A stretch of DNA of 64,000 bases from Moniliella sp. 'wahieum' (Eukaryota). Of the stretch, positions 51,794 to 64,000 are shown in pieces; within the stretch, counting starts at the first letter, position 1; each line of letters opens with the position of its first letter. The notes below the pieces were generated by a model. The model was given only the letters and a program-made list of their open reading frames with translations. It was not told the DNA's origin and searched no databases. A program made the position numbers and the translations under genes. The stretch is from positions 1 to 64,000 of the forward strand of contig RSEE01000121.1 in the NCBI GenBank assembly GCA_003971905.1, written 5' to 3'.

Positions 51794-54087
51794 ATGCTAG
51801 GTAGGTTTCCATTTGAACTTATCCTGCAGGTCGCCACCTGCGAGGCGCTCAACCCGCGCGATCTGGTCCAGCTGTCGCAGTGCAACAAAGGTGCGTCTCG
51901 TCCCTTTGAACCTATATGTCTTGGTACTGGGTCGCTTGAGCGCCGGATCTGACCCCTTTCTTGGTGGGTAGCTTGGTACACAGTCTTGGAGAGCGATGAG
52001 CTGTGGCATCAAATGGCGGTCCGGTTGCTGCGTCTTCCTTCTGATGACATGGACTTGTCGGATGCCACACTGCATGTTGGATTTGCCGCGCCGGTTCCCA
52101 GGACATGGAAGGCGCTCGTCGTGGCCGCCGAGATGCTAGAGGAAGAATTTGGATGGACGTGACCGGTCGCTCGATCGTCGACCAAGATGCGACGTGGCCT
52201 AGGTCTCCAGGGTAGCCAATATGGAGCCCGAGCTGGTCACCGCAGCAATGGTGAACGAATTGGGAGACGGGATCTTTTTGAGGCCCGGTACCGACTTGAA
52301 CAAAGTACTTGGACGTCTTCCATTCGTCTCGGAAAACCTGTTGGAGGGGGATAAGCTACCAGTCCCCATGCCCTATGACGAGGTGGTTAGAGCCTTGCAG
52401 GAGCATCGGCCGATGCCTTATTATTCGGGCATTTCCTTATGCGGAGCAGGGTGTCCGCGAAAGGGAATGCTTTGGACACGTTGGGCTCCACGTATGTGCC
52501 TCTATTCCTCCCTTTTTTTGCAGACATGGTTGACCACAGTACTCTCACTCTACCAATCACGAAACAGAGACATCGCCTCGCGGGGTCCAACAGATTATAT
52601 ACACGATTGATCGGGCTCGAGACGAGGGATTGTTTCTCCGGCTAGCCGGATCAAGGAGAAAGTCTTCAGTACGGTGGTCATACCCGTGCGAACGAGTCAC
52701 GCGCAATTGTCCAAGAAACGGGCGTCCACGCCTATATCCTGTGCGTAGATGAAATGGGGGCATGGTGCCGTGCCGGAGCAATTTGTACTGACGCTCGCTT
52801 GCAGACATACGATGGGGACCACTGGGGGGTTTCGACATGTACATACGGTGAAGCTGCAGACGGTCAACTTAGACACAGAGACCATGGGAGACCCGATCGA
52901 ATTCAAGCTAGGCTCCTCTTTATCCAACCAATTCAAATCCCTTCCCGACTCGTTCTGCGTCGAGGGGCAATGGGTCTATATATGGAATTCCTACTCTACC
53001 ACTCGGTTGGTGGTGGGAGGTGTTTAATACATCCTATGGCAACACGCGCCTGTATCTTGGAGGATCTGGTGATTGTATTACAGCTTGACGGGGACAAGAA
53101 CAAGGTGCCTGTCACACACTTCCGCCTCGAGGGAACTGGCATTCCCGAGGGCAATCCTCGACTCGAACGCTACGTTCCCTCTGGCGAGCTGTGGTCAAAA
53201 TGGAGTTTCCGCTCCTTTAAAGCGTGCCCGGGCTCGGACAGCTGGGCCTTTCTTCTTGTCGACAGGGAGGAAAGCAGCCGACGTCAGCAGCGAGATTGTA
53301 CGCGACTCATTGTCGTCAAAAACTTCCAAGGTCTCTTTGCCGCACACCAAAGCACAAAAACGTTGCGTCCCGGATTTTCACAATCGACTTTGAGTTGGGC
53401 CATTTATATTATCCTACGGATGCATTGGATGCGTTGCCAAGCTTCCATTTTAATTCTTTGAGGACCTTGGTAGATTGGCCATCTGACCAGAGTCGTTACA
53501 TCGTGGACGGTCGAGCCTTCTTTCCCATGAACGCCTATGGCTGGCGCTATGACGTGGGCGACGCGGGCCATGTGGTTTGCACGCCGGATGTGCCTGATTC
53601 TTGGAGCAACATGAACTTTTGAGGGGTGTCTGCGGTCACTGTAGTGGGCTGGAAGCATGCGCAAGACGTTTCCGACGTACGCGTTTTTGGGCTGCCCATT
53701 CGTCCTGTCCGGATCGACACGAGCCCACCACAGTTGGTTGGGAAGGACCTTTGCGTTCCTGGTGCCAACCCTTCGGCCGCGCTGTTGCAGCAGACGGTGC
53801 CCGGCCCCATTTCGTTGTCTGCATCGACCCCAGGGCCAACGGGGGTTGCTCGTCACGCTGAACACTGTCTGGGTAGATATGCCGGAAGATGTGATTCACG
53901 AGACTGTGACCCGGCGGAGTGCGTCGAAGCATACCATGATGGCGAAACACCCAATGCCAAGCAGCAAGAGACATTGGATCGGTATGCCCAGTTGATCGGG
54001 GAGGGGGAAGATTGGCGCAACCCCAAGTCTGTGGCGCTGATTTGGGATTGGGGACGACGCGCGCGCGAATGGTTAAACGCCCACTGA
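51794..54087 (+). CDS. F-box protein (N-terminal F-box; C-terminal part broken by frameshifts and stops)
   Basis: MLGRFPFELILQVATCEALNPRDLVQLSQCNK, then intron 51891-51971, then AWYTVLESDELWHQ, which matches the F-box pattern. Collinear + strand ORF fragments continue to 54087. The 3' extent is inferred. Confidence 0.6.
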
Positions 54088-55163
54088 AGCGGCTGGTCGT
54101 ACAGCACTATACCACAGCAAGCAAAGAGGCGCTGACCATTTCCCCGTTGCCTGCATGGTGCCTGGAGCATGATGTATGACGCACGATGGGCTGATCACCT
54201 GTATGAGCACACGCAGCGCGTGAATCCGCCTCGAACAGTGGCTGCTGTGCCATCATTAAGAAGAGAAGACAGGTGAGAGAAGTGAACACGTACGGACGAG
54301 GAGAGTTTGGGCCCACCTCCTACCCACTCCACTCCAGCGGCCACTTGAACCGCCAAGCAGCGCGCAGCCCTTCCGCCCCGGCGCGGAATGGGGTGCGGCG
54401 GCACTGGTTACACAGCACCCCCGTTTGGGGCAGGCAGGCGGTCGGCTGGCTGCTGCCCTGGCCCCAGCCGCTGGTGGTGGTGCGGATAGAGCAGACATGG
54501 GCGCGGGAGCTGAGAAGGGGTTGGAGCGGGTGGGCGGAATGGCGGAATGGCGCGGAATGAAAGCGAGCGGGGGCAGCGGGGCGATTGTGCGGCAGATAAG
54601 AGCGGTGACGTCATTGGCTGCTGCTATTCAGGCCTCAGGATTCATCCGCCCTCTGTGGCTGGCTGACCGGCCGTAAACGTTAAACGGCCCAAGGCCCGCG
54701 TAAGGCCTAAGGAACCGATCGGGATGAGTGCGTTCTGGACTCGGTCGAGTCAGAAGTGGGGCTGGCGTGTCAGATTCAATGTTCAGCAGGCAGACTGACA
54801 CGGCAACGGCCTAGGGCCTACCGCCCAACCCTCCAGAAGATGGTGCGGGCGGGTTGTCCAAGCCTGTCGGGCATAGCGCTTGGCGCGCCCTATCTCCGAA
54901 ACGATCGTCTGCGCCACCATCGTCCCTCTCGTCGCCATGCCAGCTGCGGCGGAGAACATTGCGCTCAAGACGCTTTCGCTCGGAAGTCGGGGCGTAGGCA
55001 CGCTGGCCAACCTGGGCGCCGGGGGGATCTTTCCGCCGCCAAGCGTCCCAAGGTCGCCTCGCCGCTCCCGCCCGGCGCCGTTGCCGTCGCCCGCCTCACC
55101 TCGGACCAAGGCGAAGAAAGCTTCGTGCCGGCCTTGGGCAGGCAGTATTCACGCCCATCCAGC

Positions 55164-56700
55164 ATGGACCAGCCTCAGGAGGAGGCGGTGCCCGATCAGC
55201 TGCCCGAGCCCGGTGCGGTCCAGCAACTGCCACCGGTAGACACGGGCAGGGGCGCCTACACCTTCCTTGCCTGTGGATTTGCGCTCGAGTTTACCATGTG
55301 GGCCCTGTGTATGCGATTGGTACGCTGACGTCCTAACACCGACTACTTCCCTCACTCGTCGCAAGTGACCATCAGTGCGATTGGTACGTGCATGTCGTGC
55401 TTTGCCTATGTCATGTGCACCATTGGCATTGGTTTGTTCCAGCGATACCGTGTCCACACCCAGCCCATCTCCTTTGCGCTACTACTGCTCTCGGTTGGCT
55501 CGCTGATTGGGGCGTCGTTTGCCCAAAACGTCATCACGCTTATTGTTCTACAGGGTGTGCTGAATGGGGTGGCTATGGGCCTCGTCTTTAGCCCGGTAAT
55601 GATGTTCCTGCCCGAATGGTTCCACCGCCGTACCGGGTTTGCCGTGGGCTTTATCTTTAGTGGCAACGGTCTCGGGGGCATCGTGTACCCTTTCCTGTTC
55701 CAAGCGTGCTTGAGCAACATTGGGTTCCGCTGGACCCTCCGTATCTGGGCACTGATTAACCTCTTCGTCGCCGGACTCGCATTGAGCTTGATCAAGCCCG
55801 GCTTCCTGTTGGCTCGCAGCGTACTGTGCCCACCACGTCGGGCGCACTGCACGACTCGCCCGTTCCTCCTCCGAGCCACGCTTGGTGGCACTACAAGTCG
55901 TTCCCGCCCAGTGTCCAATGGTTCTTTACCTCCACTTGGCAAATCAATGTACGTATACCACCCCTCTCCACCCCCGCTTCTTTGAGAGCTTGGATCTGAC
56001 CCCCCCCCCTCCCCCTCCTCCTTCCCCTTCCCCTCTCCTGCAGTTCATCGCCAACCTCATCGGATCGGCTGGGTACCTTCCCGTGTCGATGTATCTGACG
56101 CAGTACATGCGCTACGCCGGGATGTCCGCGACGACCGCGACGGGTGGACTTGCGATTCTGAATGCGTCTTCGTTTTTGGGGCAGCTGGCGGTGGGTTGGA
56201 TGTGGATCGGGTGGACTATGGTGTGACGGTAGCTGCGATTGGAGGGGTATCCTGTGTGGCGTCGTTGGTCTTATTTGGGTTGTCGACCAACAACGTTGCG
56301 ATCATCATTGTGTTTGCCATGCTGTTTGGTGTCACGGCCGGAGGGTTGGGTGCGACGTGGGGCCGATCCGCACGGGACGTGGCTACGCTCAGTGGTACAC
56401 CCAGCGGCACGATTCTGCCCATGTTTAGTGCGGTCAAGGGCATTTCAGCGCTAGCAGGTCCTTTTATTGCCGCGCGCGCGCTGCTGCAAATGGGCAGGAA
56501 GGGCGATCCTACCAGCCTGTCTCTGGCTCGTTCGTCGCTGACCCGACCCCCCGAACGGGCACGTTTGGTAGCTTCGGTTTTGCCCCGCTCGTCGTTTGGG
56601 TAGGCAGTTGCATGGCCGCCCTGTGCGTGGCTGGGGTCGCGATTCGCATGGTGCGCGTCCACAAACATCTCATCAAGGCTGGTTGTACGTTTCCTTTTCT
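55164..56700 (+). CDS. MFS monocarboxylate-transporter-like (MCH family) protein, frameshifted
   Basis: LPPVDTGRGAYTFLACGF, SAIGT, LIVLQGVLNGVAMG, FLPEWFHRRTGFAVGFIFSGNGLGG, IGFRWTLRIW, GYLPVSMYL and LNASSFLGQ. The 3' end is approximate. Confidence 0.85.
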
Positions 56701-57946
56701 TCATTGGACAGCATGTGGTCAACAAGTCTGCTTGCTTGCGCTTGCTTGCTTGCTGTTTTTGCTTGCTTGCTTGCTTGCTTCTTTTCCTCTGTGGCAATGG
56801 TGCTGTGGAAGCCGTACGCTAACGTTTTCCTTCTGTGTCCAATAGCTTTCAGGCAACCCGAGTAATCTCCCTGACACGTCCTGTCGTGCTTCAAGCGTCC
56901 ACCCACCATGATTCTTTTCTTTGATCTGATGGTGGTGCAGAACAGCCACTGCACCATGTTGTTGCGGTTCTTTGGTCACCTGACCGGACATAGGGTCTGC
57001 TGTTGTGACATGTGTTTGGCTTCGACTCCAAGGTACACTGCTGGATGGATTGCTGTCGTTCGGAACCACGCTTGGCACGATCGGCGGTAGCATGTAGATG
57101 GAACCGATCGACACAAGTCCGAGTCGCGATCCAGGTGATGCAGGTCATTGGTGAGGTGCCCGGGGGTGCGAGAGGGGAAGCATTACGCACGGGGCTAAAC
57201 TCTTGATCGCTAGGGAAAAGCGCTGCCGGGAGCCGAGAAGAAGTAAGGGACCAACCAGTGACTAGTGACGCTGGAAGCTTCACTGGAAGCGAGTTGGTGC
57301 TGACGATGCGGCCTGGTTGACATTCCCCTATCGATCAGCGTACGTTGAGATCTGAGAAGGCCCGAGGGGGGTTACTGGGGTCTGATTCACCACGCGGCGA
57401 AACCTCCTGTTGGGGTTGTGCCGTGGGAAGCGCTAAGCGATCGTCGGGCTTTTGTGGCGGCTTGTGGCGGCCGCATCGAGCATCAGCTGTGGCTGGCTGC
57501 TAGGCTAGTTGGTACAGTTAGTCCTCAGAAGCGCCGCGGGCAGCGCACCTGTGCCACGCGTGCCAGGTGCTCCTTGCAGAGATAGCAGGCAGGGCAGTGG
57601 GCGGCGCGGGTGGTGGCTGCGCACGCGAAACTTTAAGCTGGGAAGAGATACTGTCGATAACCCGGGCGACACTGGCCGTGTGCGTGCGCAGGGGGGCGGG
57701 ACAAGTGTGGGACGGCGCATGATCCGACAGCGCCACAGTGCCCCCATCCGCTGCACAGCCCCGGGACAAGAGCCGCGAAGCTGGAAGGATTAATTATTAA
57801 GGACGCCAGGAGCCGGCCGGCGCGGGCGGCAGTGCGCCAGTGTCGGGGCGGGCCGAAGCGAGCCCCGTGCCGGCGCGGGTGGCGTGCCGCGGGCCGGCAG
57901 GGGCGCAGTGGCCGGGACAAGGCGCGCGGGAGCGAGCACACGCCAT

Positions 57947-58000
57947 GCCCCAGGCCCCAGGCCCCAGGCCCCAGGCCCCAGGCCCCAGGCCCCAGGCCCC
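57947..58000. repeat. (GCCCCAG)n 7-bp tandem repeat, ~7 copies, upstream of the UNC-93-like gene
   Basis: Direct reading. The minus strand reads (CTGGGGC)n. Confidence 0.9.
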
Positions 58001-58268
58001 ATGCCCCGGGCCCCCATGCCCCATGTGGGTCGTGTCGATCTTCCGGCCGTTCCTGGCTTGGCTGCCCCGCGGGCACCGCAACGCAGGCCAGACACGCGAC
58101 TTTGCCTCAGGGTTAGCCTCACGTTGCCACTCCCGCCCCTTCGTCCGCACCGCACCGCAACCCAGCCCAGCCCCGCCCGTCCTCCGCTCCGACTCAGCCT
58201 CGCCCCGTCCTGCTCCGGCGCCTTGCCCGCCTCTCCCTCCCCACCACCACACCCACACCCTCTCCGCC

Positions 58269-59993
58269 ATGTCCGCTGCCTCGGCTTCCACCCCGGGTCG
58301 CTTGACAAGAACCCCATCGACATTGAGCTCTCTGCCTTCCCGCCCAGTGGGGAGGTGGACGTGGTCCATGTCGTACGCCGCAAAGGCTTCCTGGGCTGGT
58401 ACGACTCGGCCATGGTCCAGGGTGCATTTGGCTTGTGTGTTTCCTTGGCCCAGGCATGTTCAACGCGCTTGGGGGCATGGGAGGCGGTGGCCTCTCCGAC
58501 CCCAGTGCCGCGGTCAAGGCCAACATTGCCTTGTACTCTGTCTTTGCTGGCGCCTCTTTCTTCTCGGGCAGTATCCACAACATTGTGGGCTCCAAGGCGA
58601 TGATCTTCATTGGTACGTTTTTTCTGCCCCCCCCCCCCCCCCCGGGGTCACTCTGTGTTTCGTCCCACCCCTGACACTGTGCAACCCAGGCGCTCTTGGC
58701 TACTGCCTTTACACGGGCTCCTTCCTCAGCTACAACATCAATGGCAACACCAACTTTGTCATTGCTGCCGGTGCGATTCTTGGTTTGTGCGCGTCCTTCC
58801 TCTGGACGGGACAGGGAGCTCTGATGCTTTCTTACCCTACCGAGGAAAACAAGGGCAAAGGTACGTCCCTCTGCGTTTCTTGCATATCGAGCTGCTCCTC
58901 CTGACTGCTCCCTGTTACAGCCATCGCCTTGTTCTGGATCATCTTTAACCTGGGAGGCGTCCTAGGCTCGGCCATTGAGATGGGCCTAGGATGGAACACG
59001 TCCGACAATCAAGTGAGCAACAGCACATACATTGCCTTTACGGTGATTACCTTTGTTGGCGCCTGCGCGACCCTTTTGCTGCGCAGCCCGCGTAAGACGG
59101 TCCGTTCCGATGGCACCATCGTTCCTCCCACCGAGTTGCCATTGAAGGAGGAGTTGACAGGCATGGTGCGGGTGCTATGGCAAGACCCATGGATCTTGCT
59201 CTCGATCCCTCTTGCGCTCAGTTCCAACTACTGCTATGCGTGGCAGCAAACGGTGTACAATGGTTACTTTTTCTCTCTCCGCGCTCGAGGGCTCAACTCG
59301 CTGCTCTACTGGCTCGCTCAAATGTTCGGTGCGATGGTCATGGGCTTTGTGCTGGACACGCCGCGCTTAACTCGGCGCCATCGTGCCTGGGCTGGTGGGT
59401 GGGCGATCACCTGTGTGGTGTGCTGGACCGTGTGGGGTGGCTCGTACAAGGTCCTGATGGAATTCAAGAAGCACTATGCGGCTGAGGGGATGAGCCTTCG
59501 GCAGTACGCCGAGAGTTCGACCCGCGTGGGACTGGACATCCACTGTGGCTACCACGTTGCTCCCTGCACCGACAATCCTTGGACCGAGCCCAACCCCTAC
59601 GGCGGCCGGGCAGTGCTGTACATGTTCATGGGGCTGATCGACGCCTGCACGCAGGTGCTGTGCTACTCCATCTTTGGTATGCTCAGCAACGATATCTCCA
59701 AGCTTGCGTACATCAGTGGCCTGTACAAGGCCATCCAGAGCGCAGGCAACGTGGCAGGATGGGGGATGGAGAACAACAAGAAATCATTTGAGGAGCAACT
59801 GGGCGTCGCATGGGGGCTCAATGTGGGCGCGCTCTTAGTCGTCGTCCCATTGCTCATTTGGCGCGTGACCAACCACACCACCCTCGACCGCGAGCTGCAC
59901 CATGAGGTCGCAGTCGCCGACACGGCTGTTGCCACTACCCTCGCTCTTCCCTCGTACGACATGGAGCAACAGCCATCGAATAATGAAAAGTAA
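58269..59993 (+). CDS. UNC-93-like (DUF895) MFS membrane protein
   Basis: CFLGPGMFNALGGMGGGG, ANIALYSVFA, AGAILGLCASFLWTGQGALMLSYP.E..KG, FWIIFNLGGVLG, VRSDGT, RARGLNSLLYW and GLYKAIQSAG. Probable introns near 58613-58689 and 58861-58920. Confidence 0.88.
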
Positions 59994-61214
59994 ACCACGT
60001 CTTCTGCTGTCTTTGATGTCCTCCTTCTTCATTTGCCCTTTCCTGCGCGCATCCCTCATTTGCATTTGTACCATACATCTTGATGTGCACCACCAGTTGA
60101 GCGACACCATAGACGCACAAGTGGCGGCAGGCCATCTAGCATGCGCCTGTCGAACGCGAGGTACGGGATTGCACTCAGTGTACTCAGTGGTGACGCGTGA
60201 CGAGTTCCCGATGCGGGGTCGCCCAGCGGAATTCATTCCGCCAGGTGGGAAATGCCCCACAGGCGAGCAGCAACTGCTTACTGGGGGGCTCAACAAAGCC
60301 GACTGGTGGCGAGCTGCTACGGTCGGTTGGCTGGGGTTGGGTTGCTTGCGGGATGGGTGCGCTCAACGCGTCTCGCGGTATCGAGTATCGCGCGCTCTTA
60401 TCGGCGGCGCTTCTTCCGGCCCACTGCGCCCCCACCCGATCCCACCACCACCTCCCATCCTTGTCCCCGGCGTCGGCTCGTCGTGTGCCGCGCGTGGGCC
60501 CGATCTCAGGACGTTTCGCTCCGAAGCGGAGGCGGCGGCGTGGCAACTACGTCAACCTCCTGGACGAGCAGGATGGCAGTCTGGTGGTGACGTGAGTGGG
60601 GAACCCTGACCGCACCGCTCCCTCGGGGTCGCCAGCCCGCAGGGGACACTTGCTTCTTTCGACGGGGCAGCGGACCGAGGAGCCGTTGATCCTCCTCACC
60701 AATAATACCCTTTTTCTGTGGCGCCCGTCCCGCCTCAGCCCCACGGCTGTGTTGACGAATGCGATGAACGCACGGCTGCGCCCGTTTCCTCCTGCTGGCT
60801 GTTCTGCTAAGCCTGCGCACTCCCCTGCCCTTGTCCCGCAGGCTGGGAGGCGTGGCCCGACAAGCAGACGGGCAGATGGAATCTTGGAAACCATATTGTT
60901 CGAGGTGGTAGCACCCAAGCCGGGTCCGTGCCTCCCCTCTGAATTCTCCTGTTGTTCGCCCAGATACCCTCATCTTTGGTACGGGCTTTCGGGCGCTACC
61001 TCTGCCACCCCCAATCCGAGCCTGCTTGGGCAACTTGGGCATCCAAGTCGCGGTGCAAGGTACGGGCCACGCCGCATCGACGTACAACCTGCTCCAGTCC
61101 GAGGGGCGTAGGGTGGCCTGTGCTCCGCTGCCGATGACTCTGCCGGACAACTAAGCTACGCTCTGCTCCAGGCATGCCGCCCAATCCATTCTTCATGCCT
61201 TCTTGCGTTCCATT

Positions 61215-63048
61215 CTAGGTCTTGGGCTTGTGCTTGGGCCTGGACCTGGGTTTGGGCTTGTGCGTTTTCAGTTTTTTATGGCTCAAGTCGGATCGAAGCT
61301 CGCCTTTGCGCTTGTTGCGTTCCTGTCGCTCGCCTATTTTGGCATCGTCCATGTCGAGGCGGGCAGTGCGCTTGGCCGCCATGACGCGGGACAAGTGTTG
61401 CAACACCTTTTCTTCTCCCGTCTTGTGCAACGAAAATCCCGATCCGCCGGCGCGGTCCGTGAATCCCTTGAGCTCCGTCAACCGAGTGCCTATCTTGTCT
61501 TCGATCGACTGCACCAACTGGACATCGTGTTCCGTCACAAAGCTCACTGCCCATCCGGTCTTGCCATGGCGCGCCGTCCGACCGACGCGGTGCGCGTAAT
61601 CTTCCCATGCCGCTGGTAAGTCAAAGTTGATCACGCACTGGACTTGGGGAATGTCAAGCCCACGCGACCCCACGTCGGTGGAGACAAGAACAGGGTACTT
61701 GGCTGCACGGAAAGCTTGTAGGTTGTCCAGTCTCTGTCGCTGGTCCAACAGGCTGTGCAACGCCACATTGGGAACGTCCAGCAGAGTCAGCGTCCTGGAC
61801 ACTTGCTCTGCCATGGAGCTGCGGTTGACAAAGATGATGGTAGGTGTGTTTGAGTTTGGTTTGCATTTTCTCCTCGTCCTCACTCTCCCCTTCTTCCTCG
61901 TGAGGGAGTACCTCGTACTCTTCTTGTTCTCCTTCTTCTTCTTCTTCTTCCTCTGGCTCGCCCTCATTCTTCTTTTCCTCCGCGCCCAGCGGGCCGCTAT
62001 CCGAGGAACGTTCCTTTGGCCTGCGCACCAATTGGCGCAAGGCCGGCGAATGGCGCAGCATGTGGTACAGGTGAGGTTCACGCATATGGGAAGGAACGAG
62101 AATGTAGCGCTGAATCAGCTCCTTAGGAGTGGAGGTAATTTGATCAATCTTGCAAACCAGCGGGGGCAGCTTACCCTCCTCGGAGGCGCGCGTCGCATTC
62201 TTGGCCACCAGCGCATCAATCGACCGAGTCAAGGTGGCAGTGAAGAGGAGTGTTTGTCTCTGCTTGGCCGGTGGCAGAGCCTGCTGGAACAGATACGCTA
62301 GCTCCGGGGCAAACGAAGGTGTCAAGAGCAAATCCGCCTCGTCCAGTACGACGAAGCGGCACCAAGATAGGAGACCATTGTATCCGTTGCCACTGCTCCG
62401 CAGCAAGTCCACCAGTCGACCGGGGGTAGCGATGATGACATGCGGACGGACGTTAGCGAGGGTCGGGGCCTATTTGAGCTGGTCCAGACCGCCCACAATA
62501 AGCGCCGAGTGCAAGCCAAGCGGCGGCCGGATGCCCTGGGCGACAGCGACGAATTGCTGGTGGAGCTGCATGGCCAGTTCGCGCGTCGGGGTGAGGATGA
62601 GAGCAAAGCCAGCGACAGGATCGGCCATCAGGCGCTGCAATATGGGCAGCGCAAAGCAGAGCGTCTTACCGGCACCCGTCTGGGCGCCACCTACAACATC
62701 CCTCCCATCAGCCAGGATGGCAGGGATGGTAAGCGCTTGGATGTCGGTGGGGACGGTGATGGCCAGGTTGGAAAGCGAACGGACGAGAGGAGGGGCGATG
62801 CCCAGCTGGCCGAATGATTGCGGTTTCGAATCCGACACGGCGGAGGGAAGGTGGTGGGCGGGGGAAGCAGAAGCAGAAACAGGCGCTGCGATCGGGGCGT
62901 GTTGGTCCTCCAGCGCATGTGGGTCCGGGGCCGGGGGAGCGGCGGTGGCCGTGGCCGCGGCGCGCTCGCGCGCAGCCTTCAGCTTGGCTTCGATGCGGTC
63001 CTGAGCGGCATGGGAGCGAGCGATGCGCGCGGTGGGCGCCGAGGCCAT
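61215..63048 (-). CDS. DBP8: DEAD-box RNA helicase Dbp8 (18S rRNA biogenesis)
   Basis: Q motif (F..LG...PTDIQ), [37 protein letters not shown] (TAT in place of SAT, as in Dbp8), [23 protein letters not shown] and HRVGRTAR. Frameshifts near 62470 and 61850. Confidence 0.87.
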
Positions 63049-63263
63049 CCTCGAAGGAAGGGAGCGGCGCGGAGGAGATGGTGGTGCGGGCGCCTGGGGT
63101 AATAGTGTAACCCTCGGCGGTTCACGTGCGGCAGCCCAGTAATTAAAAAAGTGGTCGAGATTGAAACGGGGAGTCGGCTGCACTTGCACCGATCGGCGGG
63201 CCCCAAAAAAATATGGCCCTCCTGCGCAGCAACCACACACCACCCCCATCCCACCCCACAGCC
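63049..63263. promoter_or_regulatory. Short bidirectional promoter between DBP8 and NOP14
   Basis: Only 215 bp separate the divergent ATGs. The interval contains A-tracts (TAATTAAAAAAG, CAAAAAAATAT) and a CACGTG. Confidence 0.65.
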
Positions 63264-64000
63264 ATGGCCAAGAAGGGCGGCTCGCAGCTGGCCCAGCTCA
63301 AGCACCGCGCCGTCAGCGACGGCCTGCGCGGCGGCCCCGGTGAGGGCAAGCGGCGCTCGTCTGCCTCCGCCGCCACCGCCACCGCCAAGACGCGCACGCG
63401 CCACGACGCCCGCTCTGCGCTCGGCGATGCGTTTGCCAGTACGTTCGACACCAAAGTCACCCGGCAGAAGCGCGACATCCTCACCCGCGCCAGCATCCAG
63501 CACAAGAACGCCAAGGGCACCGTTGGTCGTCCTGCCGAGTCCAAGTCGGCCGCCGTCGCTGCCCGGCAGGCCCAGCTGCTCCCCCAGCTGCAGGACCGAC
63601 ACAAGAGCGGCGCGTTTGTCGATCGTCGGTTCGGCGCGAGAACAACCCCAACATGTCGGTCGAGCAGCGCATGCTCGAACGCTTTACCGCCGAACGTAAA
63701 CGCCAGCTCACAAGTGGATCGGCCACTGCCCGCCGCGCCGGTAAGGCGAGCCTGTTCAACCTGGACGACTCGGAGGACGAAGGGTTGACTCACTTTGGCC
63801 AAAGCTTATCCGGCATGGATGATGGTGTTCTGGGTGCTGGGCTCGGCACCGACGATGAGGAGGAAGGAGGTGCCCAGCAGACCTACAACCCATTTGATGA
63901 CGAGTTACCGGAAGGTGTGGATAGGCACGATGCGGAAGGAAAGCCGCGGAGTAAAGAGGAGATTATGGCGGAGGTGATGCTCAAGTCCAAGAATGCCAAG
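63264..64000 (+). CDS. NOP14: Nucleolar protein Nop14 (5' part, truncated by the window end)
   Basis: MAKKGGSQLAQLK, FDTKVTRQKRDIL, KGTVGRPAESKS and HKSGAFVDRRFG. After a frameshift near 63640 it continues ENNPNMSVEQRMLERFTAER, FNLDD, LTHFGQSL and SKEEIMAEVMLKSK. Confidence 0.9.

Noticed and set aside
59994..61214. ORFs of 110-235 aa between the UNC-93-like gene and DBP8
   Set aside because: They overlap on both strands, are Arg/Gly/Pro-rich, and have no recognisable motif, which is typical of GC-rich shadow ORFs.

Overview
This is eukaryotic fungal DNA, most likely a basidiomycete and plausibly Ustilaginomycotina (inferred from protein style and short GT-AG introns). It appears to be the left end of a chromosome. 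The window opens with a few degenerate CCCTAA telomere-type repeats. These join a ~1.3 kb modular subtelomeric repeat that contains a 14-copy 40-bp array built on a quasi-palindromic motif. Intron-containing genes follow in order: CRM1/XPO1, a CHORD-CHORD-CS protein, an OPT/YSL transporter, CDK1, TRM44, a DHA1 MFS transporter, a large DUF3712-type membrane protein, a second DHA1 transporter, an F-box protein, an MCT-like MFS, an UNC-93-like MFS, and a head-to-head DBP8/NOP14 pair (NOP14 runs off the window). A small four-exon ubiquitin-fold-like gene, only fragmentarily visible in the ORF track, sits divergent from the F-box gene. A ~200-bp subtelomeric segment recurs at ~48.3 kb. Intergenic DNA shows many 7-bp-period duplications of palindromic hexamers. 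Nearly every gene, including essential ones, has small frameshifts, which points to an unpolished long-read assembly. Gene coordinates are overall spans, and all family calls come from motif recognition by eye with no database search.
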